Origin: a virus
Direction: 5' to 3' (one strand)
DNA: 64,000 bases
IMG/VR virus record: IMGVR_UViG_3300021599_002733
Part shown: piece after piece, positions 57,330 to 64,000 of the stretch
How positions within the stretch are numbered: position 1 is the first letter of the stretch
Layout of the letters: each line of letters begins with the position of its first letter
Notes under the pieces: generated by a model
Databases searched by the model: none
Seen by the model: the letters and a program-made list of their open reading frames with translations, nothing else
Told to the model about the DNA's origin: nothing
Position numbers and translations under genes: made by a program

Positions 57330-59750
57330 TTATTGAACTTTTAAAGTTGATATAGAATTTACTTTACCTGTCATTGCAATCAAAGCATCTAATCGAGCAT
57401 TTGTACCTGCATTTGTATCAACTGGTGTTTCTTTTTTAGGTGCTGTTTTGTTAGATACGGTAACTGATCCTTTAGGGGAAGAAACCATGTCATCGGCTTT
57501 ATCAAATAGGTTAGTTCCTGCTATTACTGTATCTTTGTCGTTTAATTGGATAGCTCCTTCTGGTCCGAATAGGGTGCGTTTACCGTAGCCACCACCTGAG
57601 TCCCCAGGGGACATAATGTCATTGCCTTTTTTAGATGAAGATGTAGCTAAACTAACCATTCCTGCTATTGTTGTAATCGCTAATGGGATTCCTAGACCAA
57701 ATGGGATTTTAGCAAATGACTCAAATATAGAGAATATAGCAGTCATTATAGCTTGAGCTTTCATAGCAACCAATGCAGCTGTTAAACCTACAATAATGGG
57801 TTGACCTTCTTTTAGACCATTTACAAACATACCAACCAAGTCTCCGATAAGGCTAAAACCTTCAATTAGTGGTGAAAGGAGGAAATTAATAGCTGGAAGA
57901 ACATTAGATACTATATCCATTAGTGGGGATAAGATTGATAGAATAGGGTTTGCTAACTGTACAAATAATTCTTGTAATTTTTCAACTGATTGGTTAAATC
58001 GTTCTTGTACAGATTGTTGTTCATATTGGTTAGCTAATCCTTCATCCCCTAAACGTTTTTTAGCTTCTTCCATTCCAACCTCTTTTACAAGGTTGTTAAA
58101 GCGTTCTTGTGCTGTTTTTCCTTCAACCCCAGATAGTTTAGCTAATGCTTCTCTATCCATTAAAGATTGGGCAAGTTCATCTTTTGTCATCCCAGCAGCT
58201 TTTGCTATAGCTTCTTGTTGGATAACGTTCATTTTAGCAAATTCAGCAGAAGTACCAACTTGTTTTGCTATTTCTTCAGCAGCTTTTGCTGTTTCTCCAT
58301 TTAAAGCTAAACCTCTTGCTCGCTCAAAATTTAAATCTCTACCAGTTAGTAACTCAGCGCTTAACTCACCTTCAATGGATGATTCAAATTGTAGTAAACT
58401 TTGTGATATTTTTTCGGCTTGCTCTAAGTTTAAACCAAATTGTCTTGCTCTAACTGCAGCCTCTGCTACCGCTTCCGCACTTCCACCTAAAGTTAACTTT
58501 AAAGAAGCAGATGCTTTAGATACATCCCTTAACACTTGTTTTTCGTTTATAACAAGTTTGTTGCGAGAAGCATATGCTTTAGCACCACCAAGTATTTCTG
58601 CTGTGTTTTGCTCTAGTGTTTTATTGTTTATTAGAGATAATTGCTGTATACCATATAATTCCTCATTGGTATATCCTGCTTGTTCTCTGAGTTTGGTGAA
58701 TGTTTTAAGATCAGCCTCATTCAATTTTGCATTTGATCCTAATTGTGCACCAACAAATGTTAAAGTTTCTTGGAGGTTTTTAGTGTTTAAAGCAGCATCC
58801 ATGGAGGTAGCTGCAATATTGCCTAGTTCTCGTCTAACGTTTAGGGCCTCGGAGTATGTTAAATTAAAGTCTTTAGCTAACTTTCCTGCTCCATCATCTG
58901 TTGCTTTAAGGGCAGCAGTCATTTGTGTGATAAAGCCAAGAGCAAGGTTAGCTGGGTTTAGAAGGCCTGATTTGATTTGTCCACCTATATTTTTAAAGGC
59001 AGCTCCCATTCCACTAACTGCTGTTCCTCCTTTTCTAATGTTTCCTTCTGCTTCTTTTAATGCTTCATTAGCATCAAACATGTTACCTAAAATAGGTATT
59101 TTAGATATTCCTTTTAAAGCTCCCCCAAGTATCCCTGTTTTTTTCTCAATACCCTCCGTTAATTTAGATTCTTCATTTAACAATTTGTTAGTTTCATGGA
59201 GAATAGAATCTTTTTCTTCTAAAAGACTATTAATGTTATTATATACGGTTTGAGATTGTGCAAGTTTTTTAATTTCCTCCTCAGTTAATGTATCTTTTTT
59301 AGATAAATCATCAATTGTTTGAGCAAGTGATTGTTGGTTAGATTTAAGTTTATCTTTTTCAACTCTATATTGTTCTTGTAAGGATTTTAATTGTTTGGAA
59401 GATAAAGAAGATAAACCTTTTTGATGTTCTTTTAATTTTTCTGAGATACTAGAAAGGGAATTAATGGAAGATTTAGAGGAGTTTATAGTATTTTTATAAC
59501 CCTTCACCTCATCTAAAATAGCTTTCCATGATTTGGTAATATCTCCGATACCTCCATCCATATCATGGAGAATATCATTGGCATTTTCTAATTCATCTTT
59601 TAAAACACCAACATTATCTATAAAGTCTTTAGCTTCTTTTCCACTAAAGGGGTTGGCCAAACCTATTTTTTTATAGGCCCTTTCAATGTCCGAAAGGAGC
59701 TCCTTTATTCGTTGGAGTTCTTGTGAGTTTGGACCTTGTTGTTTTGCCAT
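57330..59750 (-). CDS. tape measure protein
   Basis: 806 aa helical Ala/Leu-rich, hydrophobic C-terminal region; follows chaperone pair. Confidence 0.8.
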   Translation of the reverse strand: MAKQQGPNSQELQRIKELLSDIERAYKKIGLANPFSGKEAKDFIDNVGVLKDELENANDILHDMDGGIGDITKSWKAILDEVKGYKNTINSSKSSINSLSSISEKLKEHQKGLSSLSSKQLKSLQEQYRVEKDKLKSNQQSLAQTIDDLSKKDTLTEEEIKKLAQSQTVYNNINSLLEEKDSILHETNKLLNEESKLTEGIEKKTGILGGALKGISKIPILGNMFDANEALKEAEGNIRKGGTAVSGMGAAFKNIGGQIKSGLLNPANLALGFITQMTAALKATDDGAGKLAKDFNLTYSEALNVRRELGNIAATSMDAALNTKNLQETLTFVGAQLGSNAKLNEADLKTFTKLREQAGYTNEELYGIQQLSLINNKTLEQNTAEILGGAKAYASRNKLVINEKQVLRDVSKASASLKLTLGGSAEAVAEAAVRARQFGLNLEQAEKISQSLLQFESSIEGELSAELLTGRDLNFERARGLALNGETAKAAEEIAKQVGTSAEFAKMNVIQQEAIAKAAGMTKDELAQSLMDREALAKLSGVEGKTAQERFNNLVKEVGMEEAKKRLGDEGLANQYEQQSVQERFNQSVEKLQELFVQLANPILSILSPLMDIVSNVLPAINFLLSPLIEGFSLIGDLVGMFVNGLKEGQPIIVGLTAALVAMKAQAIMTAIFSIFESFAKIPFGLGIPLAITTIAGMVSLATSSSKKGNDIMSPGDSGGGYGKRTLFGPEGAIQLNDKDTVIAGTNLFDKADDMVSSPKGSVTVSNKTAPKKETPVDTNAGTNARLDALIAMTGKVNSISTLKVQ

Positions 59751-59787
59751 TTAATATTTTATTATAAATATTGAAACCTGCAGAGTT

Positions 59788-60091
59788 TTATTTGTACTTT
59801 GCAGGTTTCTTATATTGTTCACTAGCTTGTAGGAATTCTGGGGTGTTTACTTTTCCTGATGGGTCTATTAGGTTCTTTTGTTTACCCCCATTTTGGGAAT
59901 TGTCTATTTGTTCTTTTTGTTTGGTATAGTATTCTTGTATCTTATTGAATGTAAATTTACGTAACCAAATAGGCATATTGTATATAGTATTCCAATCATA
60001 TCCACCTTGTCCATGAAAACATATTTCATGTATTTGTGTAAAAAGCGCGGCTCTAGCCTGGGGTGCTATATCAAATGTCAGGCCAAAAAAA
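59788..60091 (-). CDS. tail/baseplate hub assembly protein (gp51-like), probably translated via frameshift
   Basis: LFTQIHE..FHG.GGY.W..IYNMP.W.R; no in-frame ATG between 60126 and MPIW; opens across T7 run. Confidence 0.65.
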
Positions 60092-60799
60092 GCTAACCCC
60101 AATTGGGATATTGACTCCAACCCCATCGTCACTGGGAAAGAATGTTAGATCCACGTCTGGTTGTAAATTTTTAATATATTCTCTTAATGCACGAGAATCT
60201 TTTGCTAACAGATAATTATCTACAAAATCACGAATATCTTTTTTCTCTCTAGCACCCTCAACTGATGTGATAATGTATTTCAATCGTGTGGTCAAATCTG
60301 ATGATGCTTCTTTGTTGATTTTCTTTAAACCTTCAAGTTCACGGTTAATGTCCTGCTCATCTTTATGTGTTAAGAAACGAAACGTTACACGGTTACCAGA
60401 ATGGGGTAAAACAAACTCAAACTCGTTTACTTTACGTGATTCAATTTCTGGTTTGAGAGGTAAGTTTTCTAGTTGGGATAAGTCTATTGTGTGAGATTCT
60501 CCGTCGTAATCAAATGAGTAATCTTTTCCATAACCTAAAACACGGGCTGCAACCATAATTGCATTCTTGTCTCCAATTAACAATTCATCATAATTGATTG
60601 GGGATACGATCAATGCTTTCATCAATTTGTCTAGCACTGTTCCATTTTTAATGTAGGATTGGTTGGTAAGAATATCCTCGTGTTTAGCTGTCATGTAGGA
60701 CATTTCAACTACTCCTTTTGATAATTCGGATCCTTCGGGATAAAGTAAACCTTTAGAAGGCAATTCAACAGTTTCTGTTGGAAGTTTAAATTCACTCAT
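60071..60799 (-). CDS. baseplate hub subunit / tail assembly chaperone (gp26-like)
   Basis: VELPSKG..Y, MTAKHEDIL, GDKNA....AR...YG, LP.S...VTF..LT, FFWP. Confidence 0.75.
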   Translation of the reverse strand: MSEFKLPTETVELPSKGLLYPEGSELSKGVVEMSYMTAKHEDILTNQSYIKNGTVLDKLMKALIVSPINYDELLIGDKNAIMVAARVLGYGKDYSFDYDGESHTIDLSQLENLPLKPEIESRKVNEFEFVLPHSGNRVTFRFLTHKDEQDINRELEGLKKINKEASSDLTTRLKYIITSVEGAREKKDIRDFVDNYLLAKDSRALREYIKNLQPDVDLTFFPSDDGVGVNIPIGVSFFWPDI

Positions 60800-60844
60800 A
60801 GATTTTATTTTATTATAACTTTATTTATCATATATAAATATATT

Positions 60845-60884
60845 GAAAGATAAGAAGCCTACCTAAACTAGGCAAGCTTCTTTT
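60845..60884 (-). terminator. hairpin + promoter module after tail tube gene
   Basis: AGAAGCTTGCCTA-GTT-TAGGTAGGCTTCT; related to 15016/22874 modules; late motif follows. Confidence 0.6.
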
Positions 60885-60922
60885 CAAAAAATTTAAAAAT
60901 ATGTTGTTGTTAGATTGTACTA

Positions 60923-61411
60923 TCAGAAATTCAATACACAGTAATCTGGCTGAACTGTCATAGTAATGTTTGTGGCAACTCCATCATCATCCCAGCTATA
61001 ATCACCAAATGTGGCACTAGTAATCATGGCTCCTTTAACTACCCATTCAGAAACGATATCTCCAACTGGTCCTACGATATTGAATGTCAAATCTTTCTTG
61101 TAGAAATCAGAATAACCATCTCTACCTGTTACAGATTCGTGATGTAAACGAACCCATTCCATTACTGCTTGAGCTCCACTTGGAGTGATTGGATCAAACA
61201 ATGTAAAATCGATAGTATTCCATGTTGTTTTTCCTTTTACAAAACGTTGAACGTTAATGTGGTTAAGAGCAACAGCTGTTTGTGATAAAGATACAGCACC
61301 CATTCCTTTTACCATATAAGATGGAATACCATCAATGTATAGAATAAATCGGTTGGTTTGTTTTGGTTCAAAAGCCGTAAAAAAGACCTCATTAGGATCA
61401 AGAATAGCCAT
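60923..61411 (-). CDS. tail tube protein (T4 gp19-like)
   Basis: EPKQ.NRF, KGK..W..I..TL.DPI.PS...V.EW, YKKD, W...GA. Confidence 0.88.
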   Translation of the reverse strand: MAILDPNEVFFTAFEPKQTNRFILYIDGIPSYMVKGMGAVSLSQTAVALNHINVQRFVKGKTTWNTIDFTLFDPITPSGAQAVMEWVRLHHESVTGRDGYSDFYKKDLTFNIVGPVGDIVSEWVVKGAMITSATFGDYSWDDDGVATNITMTVQPDYCVLNF

Positions 61412-61471
61412 AATTTTTTTAATTTAATTTGTTTATCGATGATACATATATGAAATAGAAGGAAAATGTAC

Positions 61472-62155
61472 CTAATTTTTACTTTTATTTCTATTTCCTG
61501 TTTGATCTACATATCCAAAACTTTTTGCTATTTCTGTTGTTTTAAATAGGGGTTGGAGGTTGGTGTAGTGGAAGCATTCTTTTTGTTGATCCAAATCTAT
61601 TAAATCAAAGGAAGCACAAGGTTTGATATGATCTACTTCCCAAATTTCTCCGTGATTTTTCCAAGACATTTCTGGGAGGAATTGGGTTGAGATGTGTTGT
61701 TTTAGGTAATCTAAGGAGCAATCTAAAAGTTGGATGATATTACTATTTTTATATGTTTTGTTCTTCTTTAAAACTTCATTTAATCTATTACCTAATATAA
61801 TTCTTAATTTATAATTTGTATCATTTTCCCATTTATTTTTTCTCCAAATCTTAAAATACTCTGCATTATTACGTCTCCATTTATTGTATGTTTGTTTTGT
61901 TTGGGTAGGATTATTTTTTTGGTAAGCTATACTTTTTTGATTAACTTTCTGTTTGTTTGTTTGGTAGTATTTTTTGCTGTTTAATTGGTATTTTTCTTTA
62001 TTTTCTTGATAGTAGAGTTGATTGTGTTCTCTTTTAAGGTTATTGTATTCTATTCTACATAAGGTGCAAATATTGTTGTATCCATCTTTGGATGATGTTT
62101 TTTTATAGAAATTTGAATATTCTTTCTCTTGGAGGCATTTTGTACATTTTTTCAT
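61472..62155 (-). mobile_element. free-standing HNH homing endonuclease (paralogue of 48881-49627)
   Basis: CTKC..EK...F......DG....C..C, MSW.NHG..WEVDHIKP..SF...CFHYTNLQPL; start at MKKCTK. Confidence 0.88.
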
Positions 62156-62194
62156 AATATGTCGTTTGGGTCCATTATACATATTGAGAAAAAC

Positions 62195-62222
62195 AAAAAG
62201 AGTGCAATAATTTGCACTCCTT
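62195..62222 (-). terminator. intrinsic terminator after sheath gene
   Basis: GAGTGCAA-ATTA-TTGCACTC followed by TTTTTGTTTTT. Confidence 0.75.
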
Positions 62223-62245
62223 TCCATATTTAGTTTTCCAATTTC

Positions 62246-63946
62246 CTATACTGGGAATGTTGCTCCTGTTGGTTGAAGGATAAAGTCAAGTGCTATAAAT
62301 TCTGCTGTGCGAGATGGTTGAACATAAATTTGACCAATCAATTGATTTCTATCTACCACATCAGGTGTATTGTTTGATTCATCCATAATCACTTTAAACG
62401 CATACAAACCTTGTTTTTGTTGGATTGTAGTTAAGTATGGGTTTACACGAGATAAGAAATTGTTACGTGTTGTGATTGTGTTTTGTTCAAATACTAATGT
62501 ATCAGCAATTTGTGCAATATATGCTTTCAATTCAATCATCAATCTTCTTACGTTAATTCTATCTAAAGCAGAAGCACCTTTTTGTAGTGTTTTCTGTCCA
62601 AATACAGATACTCCTGTTCTTGGGAATGTTGCAATTGGGTTGATGTTGTTTGAATACAATGCATCTCTATCTGCTTGAGACAATTTAGATTTAGCGGCGA
62701 TTACTGATGAAAGACCACCTCTATTGATACCCGCTGGAGCGAACCAAGGAGCAGATACTTTATCGTTATAAGCGTAAACACCTGGGATTAGAGTTGAAGC
62801 AGGTACGAATACTTGTTTTCCTGTTCCCGGATCTACTATGCGAACCCAAGGCCAGTAAGTAGCAGCATATGAAGTATCTCTACTTGTTGCTTGTGTTATT
62901 GCATCACCTAATATTCCACTGTAATCTACCATATCAACTACATATAAATTATCTCCTCTATTTGTAGTGTTTGTGATAATTGTTGAGATAGTTGCTGTGT
63001 GATGTTCGTTGATTAGACCTGGTGTAGATAAAATGTTGAATTGGTAGTCATCTTTGTTAGCTAACAAATTAACCATATTATCGTAGCATCCTGCTGTTAA
63101 TCCTTGTGTATTTGAAGAGTTGATTGCTTCATAGAAATTAGCACCACCCATTACAGTACCTGTTGCTCCACCAAATGAACCAGATCCATTAATTGGAAGT
63201 GATGCAGTATAAGCAGAAACAGGTTGTCCGTTATTGTCTAAATAGTTTGGTGTAGGTGTTACATTTTTAACACGTACATATCGTGATTGGTTAGCAAATG
63301 AACCTGTAGTGATTTCGATTTGATTTGTAGTTGAACTATATTCTACTACTTGGTCTCCAATTACTCTAGAGATAAAACGTGATGAATTTGGATCTAAACT
63401 AACGTTGTTCCATGTTTCCAATATTGCTTTATTGCTATTTTTGTCATCCCCTCGTCTAATCAATACATTAAATGTTCCAGATCCAGTATTTGAATTTGTA
63501 ATTTCCCATCTAACGTTATCTTTTGAACCAGAAACAAGTGAACTAGATACTTCAGCACCACCGTTGTTCATGATAACTCCTTCAGAGATAGTTTCTAAAG
63601 CAAATGAAGAAGAAGCAGCATTTATATAGTTTGAAACAACCGAACTTGTAGCAGGAGAAAATGAACCTGTTACAACACGAGTAACAATCAATGAAGTTCC
63701 TCCATTTTGGAAATAATTGTATGCTGAAACTGATGTTAAATATGAGTAAGTATTGCTACCGCTCATTAAAACATCTCCAAATCGGTTTACGTAATCTGCG
63801 TATGAGGTAACAAGTGTAGGAATTTCAACTGGTCCCTTAACTGTAGGTCCAACGATAGCTGCACCAGCTTGTACAGGTTGTCCTGTTAAAAATGTGTTGT
63901 CTATTTCACTTGTAGTTACTCCCGGGGATACTGAGAAATTTGCCAT
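62246..63946 (-). CDS. tail sheath protein
   Basis: SPGV...EID, GPT.KGP, YWPW, PWFAPAG..RG, INPI, GQKT, INVRRL, FEQN, P....EFI. Confidence 0.96.
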   Translation of the reverse strand: MANFSVSPGVTTSEIDNTFLTGQPVQAGAAIVGPTVKGPVEIPTLVTSYADYVNRFGDVLMSGSNTYSYLTSVSAYNYFQNGGTSLIVTRVVTGSFSPATSSVVSNYINAASSSFALETISEGVIMNNGGAEVSSSLVSGSKDNVRWEITNSNTGSGTFNVLIRRGDDKNSNKAILETWNNVSLDPNSSRFISRVIGDQVVEYSSTTNQIEITTGSFANQSRYVRVKNVTPTPNYLDNNGQPVSAYTASLPINGSGSFGGATGTVMGGANFYEAINSSNTQGLTAGCYDNMVNLLANKDDYQFNILSTPGLINEHHTATISTIITNTTNRGDNLYVVDMVDYSGILGDAITQATSRDTSYAATYWPWVRIVDPGTGKQVFVPASTLIPGVYAYNDKVSAPWFAPAGINRGGLSSVIAAKSKLSQADRDALYSNNINPIATFPRTGVSVFGQKTLQKGASALDRINVRRLMIELKAYIAQIADTLVFEQNTITTRNNFLSRVNPYLTTIQQKQGLYAFKVIMDESNNTPDVVDRNQLIGQIYVQPSRTAEFIALDFILQPTGATFPV

Positions 63947-63972
63947 TTTAATATATTATATTTTTATTTTAT

Positions 63973-63982
63973 TATAAATATT
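63973..63982 (-). promoter_or_regulatory. putative late promoter AATATTTATA (representative of ~18 copies)
   Basis: ATAT(T/G)TATA 10-40 nt upstream of structural, HEG and tagged genes (e.g. 59763, 57314, 60833, 19051, 15472, 14103, 22127, 17367, 24041, 35698, 62176). Confidence 0.7.
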
Positions 63983-64000
63983 GTTTTTTCTGTTAAAAAC

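Noticed and set aside
61455-61471. GGTACATTTTCCTTCTA as relic of sheath C-terminus (GATFP)
   Set aside because: Needs indels to read in frame; too short to support.

Overview
A 64 kb segment of a large, AT-rich, T4-like myovirus. Essentially every real gene is on the minus strand, and the plus-strand ORFs are shadows. The host is probably a Bacteroidota: there are many TTG-N20-TAT(A/C)TT promoters resembling the -33/-7 consensus, no Shine-Dalgarno sequences, and a 'ELRIGN...LTEEWL' family protein. In transcription order (right to left) the window holds: (1) a tail module with sheath, tube, a hub chaperone pair with a probable programmed frameshift, tape measure and baseplate; (2) replication and recombination genes (compact PolA, gp32-like SSB, RecA/UvsX, 5'-3' exonuclease, DnaB, NrdAB); (3) lysis genes; (4) a 7-deazaguanine DNA-modification set (TGT/DpdA-like, queC, queD, queE, folE) with a PRTase and NTP-PPase next to PolB; (5) sliding clamp and loaders, GroES/GroEL; (6) a large glycosyltransferase/sugar-modification cluster. 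Five free-standing homing endonuclease genes (HEGs) are interspersed. The best candidate for an undescribed system: HEGs sit beside conserved genes, and at their own late promoters they carry short non-coding copies of a conserved codon stretch of that neighbour that vary at synonymous positions (YCLPH twice; LQNLET). The resident allele is recoded, and in two cases the displaced original gene terminus survives as a relic. A second candidate is a dispersed family of late-expressed cargo genes sharing an M-x-K/R-L-A-G-I peptide tag plus LxE sites, suggesting a capsid-packaging tag. All functional calls come from motif recognition by eye; no searches were run.
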